Assembly (NCBI GenBank): GCA_965215885.1
Contig: CBDCEW010000018.1
Span: 1-38,206 of the forward strand
Direction: 5' to 3'
DNA from: Candidatus Moanibacter sp.
GTDB lineage: Bacteria > Verrucomicrobiota > Verrucomicrobiia > Opitutales > UBA2987
Length of the DNA stretch: 38,206 bases
Shown: in pieces, positions 9,928 through 18,817 of the stretch
Layout of the letters: every line of letters starts with the position of its first letter
How positions within the stretch are numbered: position 1 is the stretch's first letter
Notes under the pieces: model-generated
Databases searched by the model: none
Seen by the model: the letters and a program-made list of their open reading frames with translations, nothing else
Told to the model about the DNA's origin: nothing
Translations under genes and position numbers: made by a program

Positions 9928-10626
9928 CTACTCGAGTAGAGCGTCAATTCGCTCGCTGATCTGGGTCCAACGAATAGTCCCTGTAATGAGTCCACCGGTC
10001 AAGGTGCCGTCTCCGTTTACTTTTGCCAGAATAAAAGTGGGCGTTTGCTTTATCCCCATGCGGTGCGCTTCTCTCTTTTCATTCTCGACCCTCTCTGTAT
10101 GCAAGCCGGCTTCAACGCAGGCATTGAATTGAAACGTGTCGAGACCGAGTTCCTTACCCAATTCCAGGATCTTTTCCGTATTAAGGTATCGACTGTTATG
10201 GAAAAGGAAGTCGCGCATCTCCCAATAGCGGCCCTGGTCGCCGGCGCAATAGGCCGCCTCCGCCGCTTTGCTGGCAAAACGATGATGCTCTAGCGGATAG
10301 TTCCCAACTACGTAGAGGAGTCGTCCCGTGTCAATGTACTCACTTTTGACTTTCTGGTAGGTAATCTCGTGATAGAGGCTGCAATGCCCACACTGGTAGT
10401 CTACGAATTCGACCATTACTAGCTTGGCTTCGGTATTTCCGAGCGTGTAGCGGTTGTTCTCGGCATAGTCGAACTCGGCAATTCGCTGTGCCGATGTAGC
10501 GCTTGCCCCCACGCCTTTATCCTCACTCGTTTCATTTCCGTATAGGCCCGCTTCCGACGACCCAGGGAGAATTGCCCATACGAGAATAATGATGACCGTG
10601 TTGGTGATGCGGCTAAAGAGCTTCAT
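9928..10626 (-). CDS. DsbA/DsbG-family thioredoxin-fold protein
   Basis: Signal peptide; EFVDYQCGHC (CxxC), AAEAAYCAGDQGRYWEM, GIKQTPTF (cis-Pro loop). Confidence 0.9.
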   Translation of the reverse strand: MKLFSRITNTVIIILVWAILPGSSEAGLYGNETSEDKGVGASATSAQRIAEFDYAENNRYTLGNTEAKLVMVEFVDYQCGHCSLYHEITYQKVKSEYIDTGRLLYVVGNYPLEHHRFASKAAEAAYCAGDQGRYWEMRDFLFHNSRYLNTEKILELGKELGLDTFQFNACVEAGLHTERVENEKREAHRMGIKQTPTFILAKVNGDGTLTGGLITGTIRWTQISERIDALLE

Positions 10627-11010
10627 TTTCTAATTCGAGCACTAAGGTGCCAGATTCATTCCCAAGAGGCAAGTATAAGACGACGAGGGAGGAAATTATG
10701 GGCAGGTATACTATCTTCCTGCATGAAGCCCCTATCAGCTAAGAGGAGCGCATCTTGACTTTTGGGAACGGATGTCTTTCTTCTGAATAGGAGAATTGCC
10801 CTACTTCGGTGGGTTTGAGAAGTGGCCCGACCGACAGTCGTAGAACGAAGTATTGAAACAATCCGGCTTATTGATTGTTCTAGTTATAAGCCCATGATGC
10901 ACCAAAAGGCCGAGGCGCTAGCAGGTGAAGTAATAAAACGAAGTCCGTGAGAATTTTTTCAAGAATGGCGTCTCCTATATAAGAGTCTTTCACCAGCTGG
11001 TTAGATAGAG

Positions 11011-12711
11011 ATGGACGATCAAAAAGGTAGTAAATCCGGCAAGAAGAGAAAAATCATCCATTGGAATCCTGATGGGGAGACGATGAGTCGATTCGTGCCG
11101 GAGAAGAAGCCGCGCAGGTGGACCTTTTTTGTCGTCTCGCTTTGCGCGGTGCTTGTGGTCGCCGTTGTGGCGGGCCTGGGAGTGCGTTACTTTTCCGGGA
11201 ACCGAGGCGGGGGCGCGGGCGACGCTTTCGAAGGGGATCCCAATGGAGCAGTTTTTAAGGAGCCAATATTCGTGAGCCGTGAGCGGGTGGAACGCCTGCG
11301 TGCCGCAGTGAGGAGCGAGATTGGCGATATTCGCAGGATCACGGATGACCATCCTATGCTTATTCAGACTCTTGTCGGAATCGAGACGGCCTTCGATAAC
11401 GGCAACCGCCTGTTGGCATCGGCTTCCTATCCTGCCGCGCTGGCCAAATTTGAGGAAGTCGGCGGGATGGTCGAGGAGATGAAGAAATTCATCAGTAATA
11501 AGAAGAGGGCGACCGATGTGTATGAGGAATTCCTAACTCTCATTGAAAGATACGAAGAACTACGCATGCATTCGCCATACGAATACGAAAAGGCGGTGGC
11601 CTATGGGAGAGGTGGAACTCGAAAGTTAGAAGCGGGCGAATTTGCCGGTGCCACTCTGGAGTTCAACCGCGCTATCGAAGCGCTCGTCGAGCTTGAAGAA
11701 AAAGTCGAGCTCTTTATTGCGGATAAAGAATTGGCGGGAAAAATAGCCCTTTCGGCTGGAGACAAAGCTCTCGCCGAGGAGGTATTTAAGGAGATTCTGG
11801 CCCTTCAGCCGGACAATGAACTTGCGATGCGAAATCTTGAACGCGCTAAGAATATTGACATTTTGGCGCCTCTTTTGCGGGAAGCTAAGGATTTCGAGAA
11901 AAACGGTAAGCTGGAAGAGGCGTTGGAGGCATATACGAAGGCTTTCGAATTGGACGGACGCTCCGCCCGTGCTCAGCAAGGGAAGTCCCGCGTTGCGCGA
12001 ACAATCGAGAAAAATCGTTACAACCATTTCAAGACGACGGGCAAGGCGGCGGAGGAGAGTGGAGATTGGGATGCCGCGGTGGCCAACTACGAGGAAGCAG
12101 TTGAGGCTTTTCCGGACAAGGAGGAGTTTCACGACGCATTGGTCAAGGCTCGTGAAGAGGGGCGGCTGGCAAAGATCGAAGACGGGCTGAAGAGAGCCTT
12201 TGCGCAAGAGGAGCAGTACGAATGGACGAAGGCACGCGACGCCTTTAATGAGGTCCTGAATCTGGATGAAGGCAATGAGGAGGCTTTGGAAGGTCTTCTA
12301 CGAGCTGGGAATATTGTTCGCGTGTTGATTCGTTATGGCAATTACCTCGGTGAGGCGAGGGAGTTGGCGCAGCGCGGTGAATATTATAAGGCGATAAATA
12401 ACTTCAACGAAGCCATGTCCATAAAGCCCTCCTATCTTCCCCTCGACGGAAAAGCCAGGCAGCTACAAAATTTGTTGCGGGATCAGACTTCCCCGGTCTT
12501 TGTGAACTTTATATCCGATGGAAAGACGTTCGTCAGCATATCCGGATATGAGACGATTGGCCAGTTTGAGAAGCATAGAAGGAAATTTCTGCCAGGAAAC
12601 TATCGTGTTCGCGGGCGCCGCAAGGGTTATAAGGATGTTCTGTTCGAGCTGCGCGTGCGTGGAGGCAAGCAACTTCCTCCTGTAAAAGTAATCTGTTATC
12701 AGAGAATCTGA
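11011..12711 (+). CDS. Membrane-anchored TPR-repeat protein with C-terminal PEGA-like beta domain
   Basis: TM at about aa 38-58; repeated TPR-like helices (ALEAYTKAFELD, AVANYEEAVEAFP, ARDAFNEVLNLD); C-terminal SDGKTFVSI...LPGNYRVRGRRKGYKD. Confidence 0.75.
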   Translation: MDDQKGSKSGKKRKIIHWNPDGETMSRFVPEKKPRRWTFFVVSLCAVLVVAVVAGLGVRYFSGNRGGGAGDAFEGDPNGAVFKEPIFVSRERVERLRAAVRSEIGDIRRITDDHPMLIQTLVGIETAFDNGNRLLASASYPAALAKFEEVGGMVEEMKKFISNKKRATDVYEEFLTLIERYEELRMHSPYEYEKAVAYGRGGTRKLEAGEFAGATLEFNRAIEALVELEEKVELFIADKELAGKIALSAGDKALAEEVFKEILALQPDNELAMRNLERAKNIDILAPLLREAKDFEKNGKLEEALEAYTKAFELDGRSARAQQGKSRVARTIEKNRYNHFKTTGKAAEESGDWDAAVANYEEAVEAFPDKEEFHDALVKAREEGRLAKIEDGLKRAFAQEEQYEWTKARDAFNEVLNLDEGNEEALEGLLRAGNIVRVLIRYGNYLGEARELAQRGEYYKAINNFNEAMSIKPSYLPLDGKARQLQNLLRDQTSPVFVNFISDGKTFVSISGYETIGQFEKHRRKFLPGNYRVRGRRKGYKDVLFELRVRGGKQLPPVKVICYQRI

Positions 12712-12838
12712 TCGGAAATGCGAAGAATGAAGCAAACGAAGCCGAAATCAGAAGTACAAGATCAAGATTTACGCCTCACATAAAGTGGGGGAATACAGGG
12801 TTTAACGTTTAATCCAATCATCTCAACGGGAGTCTATC

Positions 12839-13564
12839 ATGAATTGTTACCTAACGAATTGCTCGCGGCGAGCGCTATCGCTGGCCATTTTCTTAAGCAT
12901 CACTCTGATGCCTTACCTCTCTTCTGCACCCGATCCGGATATATTTGATGGTACTGGACATGCCGCGGAGACTGAAAAGCGATTCTCTTTAAAGAAAATA
13001 ATGAAGAACATGAAAGTCGGAATACCCAACTTACCGAGAATGTCGGGAGGCAGACAGGGTTCCCAGCAGGGCGGGAATCAAGGGGGTCAGCAGGGCGGAG
13101 GCCAGGGCCAGGGACAACAGGGCCAAGGTCAGATGGATGGCCAGCAAGGTGGTGGGCAACAGAATGGCCGGCAGGGGCAAGGTGGTGACCAGGAGCTGGG
13201 AGCTAATGGCGAACAGGTTGATTCAAACGCGGCAGGGGGTGTTGGCGGAGAGTTGGCTGAAGTGGATCCTGAGGCCCTCAAGGAGGGTGAAGGCACGGGG
13301 AGCGAGGGAGAGCAAGGCGAAGGGGGAGAGCAGGGTCAAGGGGGAGAACAGGGCAATTCGGATAGCCAGGGCAACTCGGACGGTAGTTCAGGCAGGCGCG
13401 GTGGAATGAATGTTACACTCGGAGACAAGGAAGAAATGATCCCGGTGGCACAGGGTCGGGAGGGTCAAGAGGGTGGCGAATCTGGAGGCGAGGAAGCCGA
13501 TGGAGACGAAACCATGCGCAGCGGTGCCCGGAGATGCGTGGAAAGAACAAAGGGCGTTCCATAG
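12839..13564 (+). CDS. Exported G/Q/E-rich low-complexity protein (C-terminus probably frameshifted; alternative end 13602)
   Basis: Signal-like N-terminus then PDPDIFDG and GQQ/GEQ repeats. Another frame near 13526 gives PEMRGKNKGRSIGVEKGQSIPTDL-stop. Confidence 0.7.
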   Translation: MNCYLTNCSRRALSLAIFLSITLMPYLSSAPDPDIFDGTGHAAETEKRFSLKKIMKNMKVGIPNLPRMSGGRQGSQQGGNQGGQQGGGQGQGQQGQGQMDGQQGGGQQNGRQGQGGDQELGANGEQVDSNAAGGVGGELAEVDPEALKEGEGTGSEGEQGEGGEQGQGGEQGNSDSQGNSDGSSGRRGGMNVTLGDKEEMIPVAQGREGQEGGESGGEEADGDETMRSGARRCVERTKGVP

Positions 13565-13763
13565 GTGTAGAGAAGGGCCAGTCAATTCCCACCGACCTTT
13601 AAATTATTTAATATCTGAATACTGATACCCATGAAGACAAAGATTATGGGCCCGGAGATGCGTGGAAAGAACAAACATAGGTGTAGAGAAGGGCCAGTCA
13701 ATTCCCACCGACCTTTAAATTATTTAATATCTGAATACTGATACCCATGAAGACAAAGATTAT
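13526..13763 (+). repeat. Tandem duplication (122 bp + 114 bp)
   Basis: 13526-13647 repeated at 13650-13763, identical apart from an 8-bp indel (GGGCGTTC). It spans the end of one gene and the start codon of the next. Confidence 0.95.
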
Positions 13764-14694
13764 AAGAGACTTTAGGCTGGTAGCATTTTTCCTGATTTTG
13801 ATTCCGGCGGCGACGCTCCCGGCTAAATCGGTGATCCTTCCGGTGGAGGCGATTGAAGATTCGGCGGATCTGAGCGCTGGCGATTTCGAGAGCATGTATC
13901 CCGGTATCGACGTCTCGGGTTATATCCCGGACGAAGAGGGTTATTACATAAGGTATTCCCACGAGAATCTTACGTATTTTTTTGGGCCCATTGATGAATT
14001 CGGTGAAGCAGTCTTGTGGAAGGATAAGCTGGAAGTGATCCGCACGGATGTTATTTCGATGCGATTGACGCTGCAGAAAAGTGAGATCTCTATCTATCAC
14101 TTTAATCATGAGATGCTGATGGCCGCAAAAGAGGAAATGGAGCGAAGAAAACAGGGGGCTGAGGGTTCTCAGAGCGGCGTTGCGGGAGGCACCGAGGAAG
14201 CGTCGCAATCCGGCCAGGGAGAAGAAGGTGAATATATTATAATGAGCCAGGATTCCGGCCAACAGGGCCAGGATTCAGGACTCTTCGGCCAGACTACAGA
14301 GCAGTTGGGGGAAATGGGAGAGCAGCAAGGCCAGCAAGGGCAAGAGAGCCAAAGAGGGCAGCAAGGGCAGGAGATTCAGATTGGGCAAATGGGACAGGAT
14401 GGGAGCCAACAAGGCCAGCAGGGCCAGCAGGGCCAACAGGGCCAACAAGGTGCACAGCAGCAGAACCAGCAGAGGGGTTTTCAATTTCCCCAGATCGGCC
14501 AGCAGAGTCAACAGCGCCAACAGGGTCGTCAAAGTCAGCAGTCCTCCAGTAGCAGTAGTAGCAGCTCGTCGAGTAGCAGCAGTAGTCAAAGCAGCAGCAG
14601 CGCGGGCGGTGGACCTCCCACGCCCAGTAGCAGCCAATCGAGCAGGAGTCCGAACTGGTGGGAGCTTATTCGGTCTATCTTCGGCGGGCGCTAG
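13747..14694 (+). CDS. Exported protein with small globular N-domain and Q/G/S-rich tail
   Basis: Signal peptide; GYYIRYSHENLTYFFGP domain; (QQG)n and poly-Ser tracts; amphipathic end NWWELIRSIFGGR. Confidence 0.75.
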   Translation: MKTKIIRDFRLVAFFLILIPAATLPAKSVILPVEAIEDSADLSAGDFESMYPGIDVSGYIPDEEGYYIRYSHENLTYFFGPIDEFGEAVLWKDKLEVIRTDVISMRLTLQKSEISIYHFNHEMLMAAKEEMERRKQGAEGSQSGVAGGTEEASQSGQGEEGEYIIMSQDSGQQGQDSGLFGQTTEQLGEMGEQQGQQGQESQRGQQGQEIQIGQMGQDGSQQGQQGQQGQQGQQGAQQQNQQRGFQFPQIGQQSQQRQQGRQSQQSSSSSSSSSSSSSSSQSSSSAGGGPPTPSSSQSSRSPNWWELIRSIFGGR

Positions 14695-14877
14695 CCCGAA
14701 CATTCCACAGACCTTCTGCTACGAAGACGGATCTCGCCGCATTTCAAAGCCTTTCCTTGCCCAGCGACTTCAGAGGGTCTCAACACACTGTTCCCGGCTT
14801 GCCGGGACTACGGAAATGCATTGACATGCAGCGATCTACGCCGTCTCGCAACGAAGTGTGTGAAATGTCCGGGCTAG
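14691..14877 (+). mobile_element. MITE-like element, copy 1 (187 bp), CTAG-bounded
   Basis: Ends CTAGCCCGAACATTCCA / TGAAATGTCCGGGCTAG; homologous along its length to the reverse complement of 29867-30048. A further left end starts at 14874. Confidence 0.85.
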
Positions 14878-14907
14878 CCCGAACATTTCAGCAAAGTCCT
14901 ACCTCCC

Positions 14908-15097
14908 TGTCATCGCGAGCCGATCGCAAGGAGGCGTGGCGATCCAGTCATTGCGACGATCCAGCGAACCAACTGAGGAATGCGCCCCAATCGTTCGTCC
15001 GTCATTGTATGGCCTGCTGACACGGTAGAGCCTGTCAATCCGGAGTTACAGAATGCCTCGTGCATGGATTGCTTCGTCATTCTTCCTCGCAATGACA
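14908..15097. repeat. Palindromic REP/RPE-type element (GTCATYGCGAG...CTCGCAATGAC)
   Basis: TGTCATCGCGAG...GTGGCGATCCA at the left end and TGGATTGCTTCGTC...CTCGCAATGACA at the right end; a partial internal unit at about 14947. Confidence 0.7.
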
Positions 15098-15167
15098 TGT
15101 TCGAATTGTTCTGTCGGACGGACTTTGGTGCTTGTAAACCAATCGAATCACAAAGTCCGACAGATTC

Positions 15168-16169
15168 CTAATTCGGATTTCCGATAAAGGCGCCGCCGTG
15201 AGTATAAGTGAGCTCACGCATGAGGTTGGCGAATTTCAGGCCGGTTCGGGTAAAATGCCTTTCGTATTTGATAACCTGGGGAAACCCGACGGCGTTTATC
15301 GTAACGGGTCGTTTGCCTTCCTCGTCGGCGGGATTCAGCTGGTCGATTCTGTTCAGCACTTTATCGGCTGTCTGGGTAAATTCGTCACCAAAGACGTAAA
15401 TGCCGATTTTCTTCTTCTCGTCTTTGGGATCGGGTTCGCTGAAGCGAATAGCCCTCATGACCCCTGGGACCGGATTACTTTGGCTGTGGTGCTCATAGGA
15501 GAGTATAGCGCGAACGATACTCTTGCGAATAACAGGCCCGTCCGGGAACCATTGTCCGCGGCTCGACCTCACGATGAAATTGCCGTCGGCGTCGAAGATC
15601 TGGATTGCGTCGACGATCGGGTAGATCTCGAGGGTCTCTTCAATTTTGTCTGTAATGATCTTCCAGATCCGGCCCGTATTGGGGTCACGCATACTTCCCG
15701 AAGTGTCGATGACAAATATAAGATGGTTGCTCGCAACCGGCACTCCGATCGGCAGGTCGGATTCGTTTTGAGGAATCTCGATTTCCCTCTCCCTGGCATC
15801 TAGAGCTTTCTCCATTTGATCCAAATCAACGACAAGCGCCTTTTGGCCATAATCCGCCTCTTTGATGGCATTGATCAACTCATCGATTTCGGTCTGCATG
15901 GATTTTACTCTTTCAAGCTTATCTTCTTCCTTTTCGCTCTCATGCTGGATGAGTTTAATGAAATTCTTATTCTTAGCCTGAATGGAGGCCAGTTCCGCAA
16001 TCCTTTCCTGATAGAGCTTCTCCAGGGTGTCACGAATATCGACTATGACGAGGCGCTCCGACCCAAGGGATATGACGAAGAGCAGAATTACAGCACCGAA
16101 TCCGCAACTTATGCAGTCGAGAAAGGATAGGCTGAATACTGAAAGATCTCTCCTTCTTCTACGCGTCAT
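15168..16169 (-). CDS. ExbD/MotB-like TM anchor + coiled coil + vWA domain protein (intact MIDAS)
   Basis: Basic N-terminus, TM SFLDCISCGFGAVILLFVI, coiled coil, FVIDTSGSM (DxSxS), YVFGDEF, INAVGFP, GGAF. Confidence 0.85.
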   Translation of the reverse strand: MTRRRRRDLSVFSLSFLDCISCGFGAVILLFVISLGSERLVIVDIRDTLEKLYQERIAELASIQAKNKNFIKLIQHESEKEEDKLERVKSMQTEIDELINAIKEADYGQKALVVDLDQMEKALDAREREIEIPQNESDLPIGVPVASNHLIFVIDTSGSMRDPNTGRIWKIITDKIEETLEIYPIVDAIQIFDADGNFIVRSSRGQWFPDGPVIRKSIVRAILSYEHHSQSNPVPGVMRAIRFSEPDPKDEKKKIGIYVFGDEFTQTADKVLNRIDQLNPADEEGKRPVTINAVGFPQVIKYERHFTRTGLKFANLMRELTYTHGGAFIGNPN

Positions 16170-17227
16170 ATCGTAGGCCAGTTTTTCGCGGGGCAGATGA
16201 ATGAACCTTTCGAATCGCTGGCCAGTAGCCAGAACAGTGATGCGGCGGCTGGATCGCCAGCCCAGGGGAATAGGATAACGTTAATCGGGACTCCCCGCGG
16301 CAGCTGGCGTTTTGCCGCGTTAAACATGCGAATGCGGGTCGTGTCGTCGACAATAGGCCCGGCTTTCACCGATTCACCCTGGGTGGGCAAACCGTCGACA
16401 AACATGATTACGTTGTCGGGCATCGGATTCATATTTCCGATGACAAAGAGCGCCTTCTCGAGATTGGCGCTTCCCATCGGGGTGATCTTCTTTAACCTTT
16501 TTAACGTTTCCGCGGTGGTTTCGCGGTCGTCCATATCCAACCACTCGAAAGAACGTGTGGGATATATGGACGTCGTTTCGGTGTTAAAAAAGAATATCTG
16601 GTAGCGACTGGGTGGGCGGAGGGCGGTAAAAATCCACTCTACGGCCCGCATCGTCCTTTTCCACTTCGGTGCCTCCTGTTTCTCTTCCTCGGAATCGGTC
16701 GATCGCTCGATGGCGCTATCGGCATCTTCGTCCAACATTCCGCCGGACGATTCGATAAGAAAAAGGACACGCTCGCCGTCGAGCTTAAAGTCGGTGAGAT
16801 ATTGTCGTCGAACCGGATTCGGCACCGGGATGGGTACCTCCTCCGGAACAGTAGGGAGGTGCTCCATTTCACCGAGGAGGATCTCGCGGAGTTCTTCGAG
16901 TTCTGACAGCTTGGAAAGCAGTAGGCTCAGTTCCATTTTCTTGTCTGTAACTTCGACCGTAACCTCTTCCTCCTGGTCGCTCAGAACCATTAATCGTTTT
17001 CTCAGTTCATCGATAGTCTGGGAGAGTTTCGGCAGCTCCTTTTCCTCTTCCGTGATATTTCGGCGAAGCATACCGAGGTCGACTTCCACCTCGGAGAGTT
17101 GCTCATTCCGAAACTCGGACTTCTTCCCGCTTGTTAGCACAAAAAGCAGTATAACGGCGCCAAATCCACAGCTGATGCAGTCGAGAAAAGATACATTGAA
17201 AGTATGAAATGTTCTTCGTTTTGCCAT
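16166..17227 (-). CDS. ExbD/MotB-like TM anchor + coiled coil + vWA domain protein (degenerate MIDAS)
   Basis: Same TM SFLDCISCGFGAVILLFVL; FLIESSGGM, MFVDGLPT, PINVILFP, GSF; ATGA overlap with the downstream gene. Confidence 0.85.
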   Translation of the reverse strand: MAKRRTFHTFNVSFLDCISCGFGAVILLFVLTSGKKSEFRNEQLSEVEVDLGMLRRNITEEEKELPKLSQTIDELRKRLMVLSDQEEEVTVEVTDKKMELSLLLSKLSELEELREILLGEMEHLPTVPEEVPIPVPNPVRRQYLTDFKLDGERVLFLIESSGGMLDEDADSAIERSTDSEEEKQEAPKWKRTMRAVEWIFTALRPPSRYQIFFFNTETTSIYPTRSFEWLDMDDRETTAETLKRLKKITPMGSANLEKALFVIGNMNPMPDNVIMFVDGLPTQGESVKAGPIVDDTTRIRMFNAAKRQLPRGVPINVILFPWAGDPAAASLFWLLASDSKGSFICPAKNWPTI

Positions 17228-17229
17228 TA

Positions 17230-18768
17230 TTAGCCCAAATCGATGAGGAGAAGCTCCACTGCATTAGGAGCACTTCCTATTGTGAGAATGTCTCCCGCTT
17301 TCAGATATTCCTTCTCCCCGGCGGGTTGCGCGTTCAGTGACGTTTCACCCGGAGTGTTGTTAACGAGGATGAGCCGGCCCGTTTCAAGGCGTATATGGCA
17401 GTGCTCAGATGCCACTCCATTTTGCTGCTCCGGTAAATTGAGGCCTCGCGTCTCCTCTCGCAATCCGTTACCGATGGTGAATCCGATGGGATCAATCTTG
17501 TGGGCCTCACCCTGAAAGACGATATGCGAAGGACTGAACGAGGTTTCTTCGGCCGATTGACCGATCTCGGCTTCCCCTTCATCTGCGGGCGGATATTCTT
17601 CAGTCCTGACATGTGTTTCGGTATCGCCGGCAGCTTGAAGAGTCTTGGTCGGAGTGCGAAAACCGTAGTCTCGAAGAGTGATTGCTAACGTCAGCGGAGT
17701 TTCCGTAAGGTCCTCAATCACTTCCGAGGCCATGCCGAAATGCGCAGCGGCATGGGCAGGAGCTCCTCGTGGCAGGGCGTATACGAGCGACCCATCCAAG
17801 GCATCCAACTTGGATTTCAGGCCGGGCAGTCGTGCAATTCTCTCGGAGATGAAGATGGGGATGACCCTGCTATCGCTCTCTCCCCTCACCTCTTTAAGAG
17901 TTCTTGCGGCAAATTGAGTGAGAGAATCATTGGTTTTTTCCAAAAGGCGCTCCACGAGGACGCGAGAGACGACCATTTTACGGGAGCGCGTCTCTCCTCC
18001 CAATTCAATTGTGCCCTCCTCGCTTTCCATAAGGGTCTCCAGGAGTGCTCTTGACTGGTTGTAGAAATCCTGCTCCGTAGCGGCCGCGTGATGAACGTCG
18101 AAAGCGGTTTGGCTCAAGAAACTGTTGGCCAGTTTTGGCAAAAGTTCGTTGAGGATCTGGGAATAACCGATGCGGGAGCGGTGGAAGCGATCCCGAGCTA
18201 CGGTGGCCCCCAGGCGCACTACCGTAATTTGCGTAGCATGGTGGTGAATATCCAAGTAGAGGGCTCGGTCTTCGATTTCACTCAATTCGTGAACCGTGTT
18301 CGCAATCGCAACCGAAGCGGTGTCGACGAGACCGGCTAACGGCATTCCAAGACCCTCTACGATACCTAGAATGAGACCGATTTTATCCTCATCCCCATCC
18401 TCGCCGATGAGATATTCCCCAGGTAACGCGAAAACGATTTTGTCCACCGGGCCTCCAATATGGAGCCGCTTCCAGATGAAATCCAGATGGCGAAAGGCCA
18501 ATTCGGAATAAGGAGGTGGTTTGCCAGGAATGTTGAGATCGGATGTCCTCAGTGATAGCTGGTCCCAAAAGCCGTCCGATACATAGCGAGGATAAATTCT
18601 TGCGTAGAATTCGGCTTCTCTCCCGCAAGTATAGCCGGATTCATTCAAGTAGACGAATCCTGGACTGGCGTATCCCAGCTTTTCGAGAGGGAATAGTCGC
18701 TTCTCCTCATCATCTATCTCTGCTGCAAGAATTCCTTCATCACAGAGTTCTATACCAATTGTTCTCAC
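17230..18768 (-). CDS. Actin/Hsp70-fold-like N-terminal region + C-terminal FHA-like domain protein
   Basis: N-terminal IGIELCD resembles a phosphate-1 motif; VFALPG, ALYLDI; C-terminal FTIG...VASEHCHI...TSLN...LKAGDILTIG FHA pattern. Confidence 0.65.
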   Translation of the reverse strand: MRTIGIELCDEGILAAEIDDEEKRLFPLEKLGYASPGFVYLNESGYTCGREAEFYARIYPRYVSDGFWDQLSLRTSDLNIPGKPPPYSELAFRHLDFIWKRLHIGGPVDKIVFALPGEYLIGEDGDEDKIGLILGIVEGLGMPLAGLVDTASVAIANTVHELSEIEDRALYLDIHHHATQITVVRLGATVARDRFHRSRIGYSQILNELLPKLANSFLSQTAFDVHHAAATEQDFYNQSRALLETLMESEEGTIELGGETRSRKMVVSRVLVERLLEKTNDSLTQFAARTLKEVRGESDSRVIPIFISERIARLPGLKSKLDALDGSLVYALPRGAPAHAAAHFGMASEVIEDLTETPLTLAITLRDYGFRTPTKTLQAAGDTETHVRTEEYPPADEGEAEIGQSAEETSFSPSHIVFQGEAHKIDPIGFTIGNGLREETRGLNLPEQQNGVASEHCHIRLETGRLILVNNTPGETSLNAQPAGEKEYLKAGDILTIGSAPNAVELLLIDLG

Positions 18769-18817
18769 GTGCTTATCGCTACAAAGATCTCCCTAGACGC
18801 CTTCTGCCATCGTTGCT

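Noticed and set aside
13526..13763. CRISPR array
   Set aside because: Two long tandem copies without spacers; no cas genes and no regularly spaced short repeats anywhere in the window.
14330..14600. Contingency microsatellite (CAG/CAA/GGC and AGC/AGT runs)
   Set aside because: In-frame, synonymously varied codon repeats encoding Q/G/S tracts, so not a frameshifting switch.
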